A stretch of 63,960 nucleotides of DNA, filler included, from Reclinomonas americana ATCC 50394 (GCA_048213135.1; 54 parts of 54 records of this genome joined end to end with filler, not necessarily neighbours in it); one strand, 5' to 3'; positions 35,819-47,508 are shown, counted from the first letter of the whole stretch. A program made the numbers and translations. Notes: a model not told the origin generated them from the sequence alone.

Positions 35819-36751
35819 TCAGAGACGAGCACGTGGCACAATTGCTGGGGCGCCGCTCTTGAAGGCAGCGATGCCGGTGGCTTCGCGACCCGTCAACCTG
35901 GAGGAGAGGATAACGTCAGCTGCATGCACTGGATGATGATAGCACGATGCATCATCACAAACGCAACAGCGCATTAATGTCGGCGGTGCCCTCGTACGTG
36001 TGAATGGCCTCCATGTCGACAAAGGCACGAGCAACACCGAATTCCGGCTCATCGACAATGCCGTTGCCACCGAGCAGCTCACGCGCAATGGCCACGCACT
36101 TGCGGCCGGTGGTGGTGTTGTGCGCCTTGACCAGGCCACTCTGCCCGAATGTCAGTCGACCCTGCTCGTAGAGGCGCGTGGCACGCAGCGCCATGTACAG
36201 CATGGCCTGAATGTGGCCCAGCATCTTTACCAGCTTGTATTGCACAAGCTGCGTAGGGGGGCAAAAAAGGGAACGAGTGTTGAGGCAATGATCACGAGGG
36301 GAAGAAAAGAAGTCAGAGACGGCAGACCTGGAAGCTGGTCAGGGTGCTGCCGAATTGCTTCCTCTTGGACAGGTAGCTGCATCGACATTGTGTGAGAGAA
36401 AAAATGAGGGGAAAACGCCTGCCACGCCATCGCTTCCTCACCGCAGCGCGCGATCGTAGGCACCCATCGACAGGCCGATGGGTGTCCAGGCGGCCATCAC
36501 ACGCGAGCTGAGGAACACGGCGCCGGGGCCACTCTGGAAGTCGTTGGCGTGCGCGAGTCGGTTCTTCTCCGGCACAAAGAGGTCCGTCATCTCGATCACG
36601 ATGCTGGGCGTGGGGAAGTGAGCTCCGATCGGCTGCACACACACACACACACACTGCGATGCTGGCGACAGGGGTCGCAACTTTTGGACCATGCGCTGCG
36701 ACACCTTGTGCTCGATGCGCGTCAGCTTCAGGTTCTCGGCCGGAGCATCGG
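35819..36751 (-). CDS. ACX4: ACX4-like peroxisomal short-chain acyl-CoA oxidase (acyl-CoA dehydrogenase fold), C-terminal half
   Basis: KVSQRMVQN, SRVMAAW.PIG.SMGAYD, RKQFG.TLTSFQ/LVQ.KLV.MLG, ARELLGGNGI, EAIHTYEGT.DINAL/LTGRE.TGIAAF; ends ARL-TGA (PTS1). Confidence 0.88.
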
Positions 36752-37249
36752 NNNNNNNNNNNNNNNNNNNNNNNNNNNNNNNNNNNNNNNNNNNNTTAAT
36801 TAATTAANNNNNNNNNNNNNNNNNNNNNNNNNNNNNNNNNNNNNNNNNNNNGAGCGGAAAGTGGATTTATTGTAGGATGAGAGTATCGATAGCCAGAGTG
36901 AAGAAAGGAAAGTGGTTATGAAGAACAGGCTGAGAAGAGGAGAAGAACAAACAGTGGGTCTGAAATTGTGTTGGCCAAAGAGAGAGGGCGATTGTGAGCG
37001 AATGAGCGAGACACAAGATGCCGAAGACGTGTTGCGGGCCAGAGACGCAGTAGAGGAAGGAAGGGGTGTGCGCATGTGTCCAAAAGTGTGGAGAGCCAGA
37101 GCCGTGCGTGGGGTGTTCCTATGGCGGATAGCGGAAAGAGGAGTGATTGTAGGATGAAGGAAGAGCGTCGACAGTCAGAGAGTGGTCGTGAAGAACAGGC
37201 TGCAGCGTTGGGAATGTGTTCGAGGTAGCCAGTGCTGGGAAACGATTAT

Positions 37250-37900
37250 CTGTGTGTATACTCAACCGGGTTCTGTCGCATTGCAGCCCGCCGCCCATGT
37301 GTACAAGCCCGTCAAAGAGGTGCATCTGCAGCATGTTGCGCTCGGCCATGACACGGTCCTGGGATTCGGCGTGGGACTGCATGTTGTGCGAGCAGTGGAG
37401 GGCGTGTCGGCGTATGCTGCAGTTGCGCACCCGTCAAAAGTGTGTGTGCGTGGACAACGTGTGAGCTTACATTGCTTTTTGTCGTCGATTCTACTCGTTC
37501 GTCGCAGCCCGTACTCGGCATGCAGGCGTCTCCATCGCTGGTCGTGCTTGATCGCGTGCTCTTTGTCAACTGCGCCAAGACAGTTGAGACTGATCCGACG
37601 CTGAGCGACGCGAATGCAACGTCAGCTGTGTCTGTGGAGCGACGCGGCGGCACCACTGAGAGCACCCTCTTGCTTCCACACGGTGCAGCATACGGAAAGG
37701 AAATTGCAGCGCAAGTGGACAGCGGCAACGCTGCCGGGTCGTCCATTGCGCAGCTGTGGCGTCGTGCTCTGCGGCGTAATTTGCCGTTCGCTTTCAAGAT
37801 TGCTGGTCGCCTTATGTGCGTCATTTTGGCCGTGGCCATGTCGGTGGCCACCGTGACTACCATCACCAAATTCCGCACTCAAGAGGAGGACATGGCGGTG
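37250..37900 (+). CDS. Hypothetical membrane protein exons
   Basis: Two long open blocks with a terminal TM helix (LMCVILAVAMSVATVTTI) and a GTGAGT donor at 37901. Confidence 0.35.
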
Positions 37901-38037
37901 GTGAGTATTTCATGTGGGCGCGAGAGTGGAAGGAGCGNNNNNNNNNNNNNNNNNNNNNNNNNNNNNNNNNNNNNNNNNNNNTTAATTAATTAANNNNNNN
38001 NNNNNNNNNNNNNNNNNNNNNNNNNNNNNNNNNNNNN

Positions 38038-38917
38038 GCACCGGTCCCGCCGCTATCGTCGGCGCTGTCACGCTCGTCGTCGCCGTCGTCGAACCGCACC
38101 CCGGGCTTCGGGGGCCCGTCGGTCTTCGGATTGCACTGCGCGTCGAACACCGCCTGCATCTGCGCCGCGACATCCGGGAGCAGGTTCCCGCGGATCGCGT
38201 GGAGGCCGTTGCGCAGACGACCGATGGTGAAGAACCGCTGGTTCTGCGCACCCCGATCCGAAGGCTCCGGTCCGTCTGGGTCCATCGCCGCCGCGATCAT
38301 GTGCGCGTATCCACGCAGGTCCTCCGGCGTCGCCGGTGGGCCGAGAGGCTCGTCCACGCTCTCAGCCGTCTGGGGTTCGGCCGCTTCGGGTTCGGCTGGA
38401 GCGTCCGCATCACCCGGGGTGTCGAAGAAGGTCCGCTGCCCGCGGGCGCAGGCCGCCAACAGAGCATCCGCTTCCAGGACCGTCTCCCGCCCGACCTTGT
38501 GCGCCGCCTTGTCGATCGGACCCACCGCCGCGAGCATCCCGGCCACACCGATCACCCCGTCGAGCATCGCCTCTCGCAACGCCGGAAACCTCGCCTCGAG
38601 CCGCTCCCCGAACTGACACTGATCTGCCGACGCACCGCATCCGCGGCCTTCCCGACCCGCGTCGCGCCCGCCACATCCGTCCGCAGCACCCGCTGCAGCA
38701 ACTCGTTCTGGCCGCGGCATCCGAACGAGTGCGAGAAGTCCGGGTGCGCGGACGCGGTCGTCTCCACGACCACCGCCTCGATCCTCCGGAATGCGTCCCC
38801 CGCGACGCGCAGCACATCCATGCGCTCCGCGTCGGGCAACCCCGCCAGCACATCCGCGGACAGCACCAGGTCGAGGTCGGCGACGACCCGATCCAGGAGT
38901 TCCTCGGTGCTGTTCAT
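38038..38917 (-). pseudogene. DUF222 (13E12 repeat family) HNH-associated protein with a frameshift (Microbacterium-like contig)
   Basis: MNSTEELLDRVVADLD..SFGCRGQNELLQRVLR..ISVSSG, then a shift at a G4 run (38606-38609) to ERLEARFPALREAMLDG..MDPDGPEPSD..RFFTIGR..IRGNLLPDVAAQ..NPK. Confidence 0.8.
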
Positions 38918-38923
38918 ACCCCC

Positions 38924-38945
38924 AGTCAACCCGGGACCACCGACA
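38924..38945 (-). promoter_or_regulatory. PafBC/RecA-NDp-type DNA-damage promoter, leaderless
   Basis: TGTCGG-N10-TTGACT, 6 nt before the ATG; the actinobacterial consensus is TGTCGG-N10-TANNNT (one mismatch). Confidence 0.6.
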
Positions 38946-39364
38946 TTCAGACCTCGAAAATGACCTGATCAGACCCGCATATCGATATGCCGGAATCGGC
39001 TGGCGCCCGCGAACCCGAGAACGATTCGGGGCATCACGCCGCTCCCCGACGGCACGCACCACGCCACACCGTTCCCGCATCGCCGACCCAGCGAGCCTTG
39101 CAGGATATTTCTGCTCTAGNNNNNNNNNNNNNNNNNNNNNNNNNNNNNNNNNNNNNNNNNNNNTTAATTAATTAANNNNNNNNNNNNNNNNNNNNNNNNN
39201 NNNNNNNNNNNNNNNNNNNTGACAGAGAGAGAGAGAGAGAGAGCGGGTGTAAGAAATGCAAATGCAAGGATGTCCACACAAAGAACAAGAAAGAGGCAGA
39301 GAGTGAGAGAGAGAGAGAGAGTCTCTTTTCCTCACCCTTTCCCCCACCCCCCGCCTCACCTCAC

Positions 39365-39826
39365 CCGCACATCAGGATCATACCACTGCACCAACCGCTC
39401 CTCCTCCTCCTCCTGCCTTCTCCCCCGCCCCTCGCCCGTCCACTCTCGCACCGCCCGCTCTCCCGCCGACAGTGGCCTCCGCTGCACATACACCACAAAC
39501 CACGCCTGCACCAGTCGCTGCAGCTTGCGCACCGCCTCCGGCAACTGCATCAGTGCAGTCCACCAGGCGCGCGCACCAAACGGCACTCGCAGCGAGGCCG
39601 CCGGGCCAGTCACGTGCGAGGAGGCGTATGACAGAGAGCCTTTGGTGCTTGACTCGCTATTCTGCGTGACGACTAGTGAAGGCTGCGTGCGCCAACGCGG
39701 GAGAACGCGCGGCCACGGGAGACCACGTCGCAGCCACTGCACGCGGAACAACGTCGACGAGGAGACCGCCAGGCCGACGCCGATGCCCAGTGCAATATCT
39801 GCAATTACAGATGCGCGTGAAAACAT
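39365..39826 (-). CDS. Hypothetical protein, first exon with N-terminal hydrophobic anchor
   Basis: MFSRASVIADIALGIGVGLAVSS...WYDPDVR then a GTGAGG donor. Confidence 0.45.
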
Positions 39827-40024
39827 GGTGTGTGTAAAGAGTAAACAGGCAGGGAAGTTGACACGCAACAAAGCCACGTCGCGCTCGGGCGAGGCATTTC
39901 CGAATTTGTCCGCGCAGGACGAATTGTTTTTCGTGTGGTTAGGTGCGCGCAGACCACGCCACGTGCGCTTCCTTCGCTCGCCAATCGCTGCTCACTCACT
40001 CTACGTGCGCGTGTTTCCTTAGAT

Positions 40025-40292
40025 ATGCATCTGTTCCGACCTGTTGCATCAGTGGCGTCGACGTCGTCATCGTCGTCCGGTGGCCGATTTCTCGGGTTGC
40101 TGCATCAGCGGGCGAGCTTTGCGGCGGTCTCCGATGAGGTGTCGCGAGCAGCTGCACGGCGGTTGAAAGCGTTCCGCGATCAACGTTGCGTGTGTGAGCG
40201 AATAGAAATGATGCAATTCGTCACTGACCGTTGCGCGCGCAGACGTGGCCAAGTCGACGAGTGACGTGTCGGCATCGCCACGTGACAGCAAG
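40025..40292 (+). CDS. 5' end of a probable mitochondrion-targeted protein, divergent from 39826
   Basis: MHLFRPVASVASTSSSSSGGRFLGLLHQRASFAA is an S/R-rich, acid-free presequence-like N-terminus; introns follow. Confidence 0.45.
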
Positions 40293-40626
40293 GTGAGCTA
40301 TTATANNNNNNNNNNNNNNNNNNNNNNNNNNNNNNNNNNNNNNNNNNNNTTAATTAATTAANNNNNNNNNNNNNNNNNNNNNNNNNNNNNNNNNNNNNNN
40401 NNNNNACGCCTGCCGCACCATCTCGGCTGTGGCTGCTGGCACTGAGTCGTGCCCGGGCACCAGCTCTCACCTCGGCAACGGCAACTGCTGCGGCTCGTTC
40501 TCTGGCCTCACCTGCCAGATCTCGCCGTTCGGCAGCAACTAAGCGGTAGCTGATGATGGAAGAAGAAGAGAAATGAAATCTTGTGCTCATTTTTGACAAC
40601 TGATGATACGAGAAGGAGAAGAAGAA

Positions 40627-40786
40627 GCAGTGATGGGGAGGAGAGCAAGAGGCAGTGATGGGAAGAGCAAGAAGCAGTGATGGGGAGGAGCAAAGAGGCA
40701 GTGATGGGGAGGAGCAAAGAGGCAGTGATGGGGAGGAGCAAGAGGCAGTGATGGGAAGAGAAGGAGGTACTGATGGGAAGAGCAGG
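40627..40786. repeat. Minisatellite, 22-25 bp unit, about 7 copies
   Basis: gcagtgatgggg.ggagca(a)aga repeated head to tail. Confidence 0.9.
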
Positions 40787-40999
40787 ATCCGGAGACAGTG
40801 TTGGAAGAGAGGCGACGAGGAGAACTTCCTCCAGGCTTTGCCGAGAGCGGAGAGAGAGACAACTGGCGAGTGGAAATGAAGGAAACGATGCACACTCAGT
40901 GGAGGCAAGTCGTCAAGTAAAGCGATAGGAGTGTAAACCGAAGCGCGCAAGCATCTTTCCAGTTCGCTCGTAAGTCTCCCACTCTCTCCTCCATCCCTT

Positions 41000-41413
41000 C
41001 TGCTATTGCTCATGGTGTCGCTCACAACGCTGGACACAAACCCATAAAAGCGGAGCGCATCAGCTTGTGCGTGGTATCCTTGGGCCTCGAGTTGTACGAA
41101 GTGTTTTGTTTACGTGAAGAACCAGGGGAAGTGGCCGACCAGCGTGGCGCCCGAGGCAGCGAGTGCGCCGGCGTAGAACACCGGGATAACTCCAGCGCGG
41201 TACTTGCTGAGCAGCGTGGGAATGCCGTTCTTGCCCTCCACTTGCATAATGGTCTTGGTGGTGTCGATCTGCATGCAAGGAATCGCAATGAGATCACAGA
41301 CAAGCACAGAAGACTCGCACATGCATGCGATCAGTCGCTCACCGGCATCAAGAAGATGCGGAACAGCTCAGCGCAAGCAGCAGCGACGACAGCGACGAGG
41401 CGGAGTGGGCGTC
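41000..41413 (-). pseudogene. Mitochondrial carrier (SLC25-like) pseudogene fragment
   Basis: FRIFLMP/IDTTKTIMQVEG (Px[DE]xxK motif)..GHFPWFFT, then TAA and two frame changes before KLMRSAFMGL and SSVVSDTMSNS; similarity ends abruptly. Confidence 0.75.
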
Positions 41414-41590
41414 CTGCATGACACTGACAATTCATTCTATTCGATCTATACGTACTAATCCCACACACACACATACAAAACAGGTCGCCANNNNNNNNNN
41501 NNNNNNNNNNNNNNNNNNNNNNNNNNNNNNNNNNTTAATTAATTAANNNNNNNNNNNNNNNNNNNNNNNNNNNNNNNNNNNNNNNNNNNN

Positions 41591-42599
41591 GGTTGGGATA
41601 ACAATTAACAGTTGTCTATCATTATAGTTATCAGGGTTTGTCAGCTTCGCGGGTCGCTGCTGTTGGCCATGCAGCCGAGCTGGTTCGGCGGGTGGCGGTG
41701 AGCGCGGTGCTCGGCTGGCGCTGCACTCTGGCGGGCGATGGGGGATTGGCCTCTTCGTCACGTGCAGTCCGCGACTTGTGGTTGGGTTGTGTACCTCCGC
41801 CACCGGCCGCTGTCGTGGAGGGCGGAGGCGCCTTGCCGGATGTGGGCTGAGGAGCAGAGTCGGCGCCCGGCTGTGGCAACTGATGCATTGTGTGATCTGT
41901 GCGAATACCGATTAAGAGAGTGAGCAACTGCGGTGTGGCCCTCGGCGTGTGTGATGGTGCGAAGGAGCTGACCGTCGAGACGAATGACAGAGCTCGGTGG
42001 TGCCATTTCCAGAACAAGTGCACGCTCTTGCGGGAAAAAGGAGAGGTCGCCCTGTGTCATGCAAACAATGCCAATGAGGGGACGGCTTCTGGCGACAAGC
42101 AGCACACATAGGAAGCAATAATAAACGTACCCGATCCAACTGTTGAGAGATGGAGGGAGAGTGAGGGGAGAGAGGAGACATGTGGTTGTTAGTTTTGTGC
42201 AAGAGGCTGCAGCGCGCGTGCGCACAACATGCTTCAAAATGACAACGCACCAAATCGGCGACATACTGCTCCGTTCCAGTGTACTCCACACGCGGACGCT
42301 TGTGCAAGTACACCAGGAAGAAGACGTAGTGCCACATGTTGTGCTCGACGTCAATGTGACGCGCAAACCCTGTCGACACAGAATCATTGATTGAGATCAC
42401 TGGTGCTGGGTGATAGTGGGGGAAATGAAGAGGACCTTCACCCAGCCGCTCGAACACGGAACGGTCGAGATGGCACACCGGACAGCGCGAGATCTTGTCG
42501 TTCTCAATGCCTTGGCGCTGTACGCAGCAGTGAGATTGTGGTGCAACAGGGCGTCATCCGAGAACCACGCTTACCTTTTGTCGGAGCTCCGAGAAAGCA
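41591..42599 (-). CDS. ITPR: IP3R/RyR-type channel C-terminal domain (copy 2, probable allele)
   Basis: Near-identical to 19052-20062, including the 9-nt microexon. Confidence 0.92.
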
Positions 42600-42784
42600 C
42601 TGTGCACAGAGGGGGAACAAGAAGAAGAAATTGTTAGTAAGGTATTGCAGTAGCAAGGAGGAGGCATCCACGATGNNNNNNNNNNNNNNNNNNNNNNNNN
42701 NNNNNNNNNNNNNNNNNNNTTAATTAATTAANNNNNNNNNNNNNNNNNNNNNNNNNNNNNNNNNNNNNNNNNNNNCCCCCACAG

Positions 42785-43701
42785 GTGTTCAAATCACAAA
42801 GAGAGCTGCTGAAGGAGATGATGCGTCAGGGTGTGTCAGTGGACGAGGACTCGTTGCAGTTGGAGCCGGAGGCCCGTGTGGACGACTTCAAGTTGCCGGC
42901 CAAGAAGCCGGCTGCTGCTCGTGCTTCGCGCGCCGACAGCGAAGACAGTGACGATGGCATGGATGTCGACGATTCCATGGCGATGCCGGAAGAGAAGAAG
43001 ACGCTGACGGCGGAGGAGTTGGCCAAGGTCCCAGTGTTCGAGGCCCCCAAGCCGAAGAAGGGTCTCGGCAGCGCCCTGGCCTTTTTCCGCGTCAAGGGCA
43101 ATCTGGCCGACGAGATGCGAGTGACTGGTCGACACAAGGACAAGGTTGGTGGACGGTACCCGTGGCAAGCGCGCTGCCTCTTCACACGTGTGGCTGACTC
43201 CCTTATTTGTGTGTGTGTGCACAGAAATTGGTGTTCGCGGACAGCGGGCCAGTGGAGAGTGTGGGACCGGGTGAGCGCGAAATCAAGCTCGAGTACGTCA
43301 ACGAGTATGGTTTGCCCGAGACACAAAAGGAAGCCTACCGCCGCATCTCGTACATCTTCCACGGTCGCATGCCGGGCAAGAACAAGCAGGAGAAGCGTAT
43401 GAACCGCAACATTGAGCGGCTGAAGGAACTCAAGCGAACGGAGCTGAATCCGAACAACATGACGACGGTGCAGGGCATGAAGAAGGCCATGCAGACGTCG
43501 CAGCAGCCGTACACGGTGCTCACCGGCGCTCTCGCGCAGCAGACATTGTTGCGTGCGCACTGGTGTCCGTCGCTTGCCGATTTGCATTGTGTTGATCACT
43601 CGCCGCGCAGGGAGAGTGTGGAACTCGAAAAATCACGCAAGCGTGCAGCGGCGTCGGCCACGGCCGCCGGCGCGCCCGACAAGAAGCGCCCCAAGCCTTG
43701 A
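42785..43701 (+). CDS. SART1: SART1/Snu66 U4/U6.U5 tri-snRNP protein, C-terminal region
   Basis: KGLGSALAFFRVKG, IKLEYVNEYG..TQKEAYRRISYIFHGRMPGKNKQEKR, QPYTVLTG; TGA at 43699-43701. Confidence 0.93.
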
Positions 43702-44016
43702 GAGCGACGAGTCGACGAAAATACACACAATGCACCGCTTGTTTGGCACCGGCGATTATAAAAAAACATGACTAGTTTGCTTTATGATTGGGAAAAGAGT
43801 CGGGCCGAGATGGCATTCGAGACGCCCGAGTCGCTGCGCTTGCGCGCAAGCGTGCCCGGNNNNNNNNNNNNNNNNNNNNNNNNNNNNNNNNNNNNNNNNN
43901 NNNTTAATTAATTAANNNNNNNNNNNNNNNNNNNNNNNNNNNNNNNNNNNNNNNNNNNNGTGGCGAATGGGGACGCGGGGGCACGCTGCACGATTTCTCA
44001 GTAACCCCCCTGCTGA

Positions 44017-44889
44017 TTACAGGATTGCTCGTTCGGCGTTCGCTTCGCTCAGGTTGGCGAGCAGCTGCAGGCGCTCGTGGGTGGCAGATCCGGGTTCCGC
44101 TGAGAAGACGATCATCTGGAGTCCTCTGTCAGAGGCGAAATCCATCGCCTGAAAGGTGAGGTCGAGGTCGCCGACAACCGGGTGGTGGACGTTCTTGAGG
44201 CCGGTGCGGTGTTCGCGGACGTCGTGTGCTCCCCACAGCTTTCGGAAGAGATCGCTGCGGGTGGAGAGCTCGCCGACCAGGTCACTGAGCTGCCGGTCGT
44301 ACGGCGACCGACCGACCTCGGCGCGAAGCACGGCGACGATCTGTCGCGTCTGCGCCTCCCAATCGCGATAGAAGCTCTGAGCGCGCGCTTCGAGGAAGAT
44401 GAAGCGAGCGGCATTCGCGGGCGGACGAACACTGTCGAGCATCTCGGAGAACAGCGCTCGTCCGAGTGAGTTGGTCGCGATGGCGTCGAGCCGGCCGTTC
44501 TGCACGAACACGGGCACTGTGGACATCACGTCGATGGTCTGCCGCATGCCGGGCGACAGCTGTGATTTCCGCACCGGCCGCTGTCGCTGCTGCGGACGGT
44601 CGCCAGCGTTCGCTGCCCGGATCAGGTCTTTCAGGTGCGCGTGTTCTGCCTCATCCAACTGCAGGGCGCGGCTCACGCCATCGATGACGGATTCTGATAC
44701 CCCTGCGGCGTTGCCGCGCTCGAGGCGCTTGTAGTACTCGGAGCTCATCCCTGCGACGAGGGCGACCTCTTCGCGACGCAACCCGGGGACACGGCGGCGA
44801 CCGCCGAAGTCCGGCAGTCCCACCTGCTCCGGGGTGAGTTTCGCGCGCCTCGTGGTGAGGAAGTCGCTGATGTCGCCGCGGGTGTCCAT
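44017..44889 (-). CDS. XRE-family HTH regulator with MmyB-like ligand-binding domain (actinobacterial contig)
   Basis: FLTTRRAKLTPEQVGL..RRVPGLRREEVA..YYKRLERG; NAARFIFL; HHPVVGDLDL. Confidence 0.95.
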   Translation of the reverse strand: MDTRGDISDFLTTRRAKLTPEQVGLPDFGGRRRVPGLRREEVALVAGMSSEYYKRLERGNAAGVSESVIDGVSRALQLDEAEHAHLKDLIRAANAGDRPQQRQRPVRKSQLSPGMRQTIDVMSTVPVFVQNGRLDAIATNSLGRALFSEMLDSVRPPANAARFIFLEARAQSFYRDWEAQTRQIVAVLRAEVGRSPYDRQLSDLVGELSTRSDLFRKLWGAHDVREHRTGLKNVHHPVVGDLDLTFQAMDFASDRGLQMIVFSAEPGSATHERLQLLANLSEANAERAIL

Positions 44890-44896
44890 GCCATCG

Positions 44897-44943
44897 AAAC
44901 TACGCCGGTCCGGTCGATCTTGGGGGTCCCTGCGGGGACACCC
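44897..44943. promoter_or_regulatory. Leaderless -10 box and candidate operator palindrome between the MmyB-like gene and a divergent gene starting at 45038
   Basis: Minus-strand TAGTTT 7 nt before the ATG; GGGGGTCCC-tgcg-GGGACACCC inverted repeat (8/9 match) at 44922-44943. Confidence 0.5.
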
Positions 44944-45143
44944 ATAACTAGGGCCACGCTAACTCCGACGGAAGAGCGTTGACTCTCCTCATCCGTCACC
45001 TGAGAATCTGCGACCGGCAGGAACAGAAAGCCAGAACATGAAGNNNNNNNNNNNNNNNNNNNNNNNNNNNNNNNNNNNNNNNNNNNNTTAATTAATTAAN
45101 NNNNNNNNNNNNNNNNNNNNNNNNNNNNNNNNNNNNNNNNNNN

Positions 45144-45592
45144 ACAAGTCGACGATCTGGCGCAAGCTCTGCCCCGTGCCCCGGCTGCTGGTCGCCGCGC
45201 CGTCCTATCTGCTGGCGCGCGGAACGCCGCAAAGCCCGGACGACCTTTCCGAGCACGACCTGCTCGCCTATGGCGGGGAGGCCGCCGGCGAGAGCTGGGA
45301 GCTGCGGTACGAAGCACGACGCAGCGTGGTGCGGGCAGCCGGCCGTTTCCGAGCCGACAGCGGCGACCTCCTAGCTGCGCTCGCCATCAATGGCGAGGGT
45401 ATCGCGCTGCTGCCGCGTTTCATCGTCTCCGATGCGCTGGCCTCGGGCGGGCTCGTGCCGGTTCTGGAGACGTGGCAACCGGAAGAACTCTGGCTGACGC
45501 TCTACTATCCGCCCTATGAGCGCTTGCCGCTCCGGGTCGCGACTTTCTCCGATTTCTTCGAGGTCCATGTGACGCAGACGCATCCGCTCTGA
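45144..45592 (+). CDS. LysR-type regulator (CrgA-like), substrate-binding domain C-terminus
   Basis: LLVAAPSYLLARGTPQSPDDL..GEGIALLPRFIV..LVPVL..RVATFSDF. Confidence 0.92.
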
Positions 45593-45822
45593 GGTGCAGG
45601 CGCCGAAGCCGGGCCGCGCCGACAATTGAGTGCGACTGGTCTTTTGACTACGTTGGAGGAACGAACGGAGCTTCGTGATGCTCCGGTGCAAACGATCGTG
45701 CTTTTGTCCAAGACTTTCCCCGGCAAGTGCCCTGGAATTCCCTTTCTGGCGAGGGGCAGAACGGACTGCAGGCACGCCCGCGCGTTTGATCAGCGACACC
45801 GTCGAGGCGGAGGATCGCGAGG

Positions 45823-46223
45823 GTGACCGGACGTGGACTGCATCATGTCACCGCAATCGCCACGAATGCGTCGTGCAATCTCGACTTCTATACGGGCGTG
45901 CTCGGCCTGCGTCTGGTGAAGTGGACCGTGACCCATGAGGATCCCGGCACCTACCACCTGATTTATGGTGACGAGGAGGGCTCGCCCGGCAGCCGCTTGT
46001 CCTTCTTCTTCTGGGTGAGCGCGGTCGCGAGCAGACGTCCCAGCAGCTCCGAACATGTCTCCTTCGCAGTGGCGCCGGAGGCGATCGGCTGGTGGGAGTC
46101 GCGGCTTGCCGCCTGCAAGGTGCCTTGCCGGCAGACGCGCACCTCGGACGGGCGCCCTAAGCTGATGCTGGAGGATCCCGACCGGACGCCGCTCGCCCTT
46201 GTCGGCACGGAGTTCTCTCCCCG
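45823..46223 (+). CDS. VOC/glyoxalase ring-cleaving dioxygenase-like protein, N-terminus
   Basis: GLHHVTAI..NLDFYTGVLGLRLVK.TV..EDPGTYHLIYGDEEGSPGS.LSFF; GTG start with an upstream GGAGG. Confidence 0.9.
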
Positions 46224-46460
46224 NNNNNNNNNNNNNNNNNNNNNNNNNNNNNNNNNNNNNNNNNNNNTTAATTAATTAANNNNNNNNNNNNNNNNNNNNN
46301 NNNNNNNNNNNNNNNNNNNNNNNATTGCGTTGTCGCGGGACATGCAGTTCGCACTTCACACACTTTCCACCCTCTATCTCCACGGTGTCACCACACACGT
46401 ACAGCAAACAATGAGAGTTCATTAATATTACCATTTTTCTTTGGGTTTCCTCCCCCCCGC

Positions 46461-47408
46461 TCATCGCCCACCGGAGCGCCGCTGTCCCTCGTCGTCACCC
46501 GAGTCGTCGGACGCCGGGTGATCACCTCGCATGTGATCGGCTTCGGCACCCTCTGTCAGGAAGCACTTTTTGCAGATGCGTGCCTCTCGCGCGTAGCACT
46601 CGCGATGGCAGTACCTGTGTCAGATGGGCGCACGTTATGATGAGAGGAAGACGGGTATTGGGAGCGAGTGTGCGCATCGCAACTCTTTGCAGAGGCGGCA
46701 GTGGCGGACGTGACGCATGTCTGTGCCCTCCAGCAGCATGACCTTGAATGCGGCGGCTGACAGAGTCGGTGCAATGACGGCGCTGTCCAGTAGCGGCTCG
46801 TTCGCGGCGGCTTCGGCAGCGCGACGCGTCGGTGTGCTTGGTGGCTGCGGTGGTGAAACGACAGCAGCAGCAGCGGGAGCAGGAGCAGGTGGTTGTGGTG
46901 GTGCATTGGCGGCGGCGCCGGTCACTGCGGTAGTCGCCGCCGGCGAGCCGAGAGAAGAAGACACGGCAGAGACGCGTGCGGCGCGCATCCGATGCCGCTC
47001 ATCGCTGGAGCTCTTGCGTGCGTTGCGGTAGTGCAGTTGCAGTCGGCGACATGCGGAGCCGGCGCAGCACAGCACCTCTTGCGATTTGCAAGTGGCACAA
47101 GTGTGCGTGTGGCGCGTGAACAGGCTGTACACGCGCTGCACGTGCACCAGGAAGATGCCGTCGCTCAGCACAATGGTGTCGGCCAAGCTCAGCACCGGCA
47201 TGTCGGAGAAGATGAAGGAGAAGACGCGCAGTGGAATGAACGAGAAGAGGGCGTAGCGCGCGGGGCATTTGAGAATGTAGAAGAACGCCTGCACACGGTG
47301 GATGAGCCTCCTTGAGGGACTAACCACACAGCGGTGGCACGTACCTGCCGGCGGATCTGACCACGGAGCAGGAGCAGATCGGATACCAGTTCGCCGCCCA
47401 CGCCTTCG
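46461..47408 (-). CDS. Rubicon-homology (zf-RING_9; Rubicon/PLEKHM1/DEF8-type) domain protein, C-terminus
   Basis: YILKC..SLADT..DG.F..RHTHTCATCKSQEVLC ..insert.. HCRLCKE/YCHREC...ICKKC reproduces the RH zinc-ligand pattern; TGA at 46461. Confidence 0.75.
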
Positions 47409-47508
47409 NNNNNNNNNNNNNNNNNNNNNNNNNNNNNNNNNNNNNNNNNNNNTTAATTAATTAANNNNNNNNNNNNNNNNNNNNNNNNNNNNNNNNNNNN
47501 NNNNNNNN

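Noticed and set aside
36854..37206. Diverged direct repeat of about 75 bp (36854 and 37130) as LTRs or element ends
   Set aside because: Too short and degenerate, with no TG..CA ends or target-site duplication; probably a local duplication.
38600..38615. Programmed ribosomal frameshift in the DUF222 gene
   Set aside because: No slippery heptamer or stimulatory structure is evident; mutation or sequencing error is simpler.
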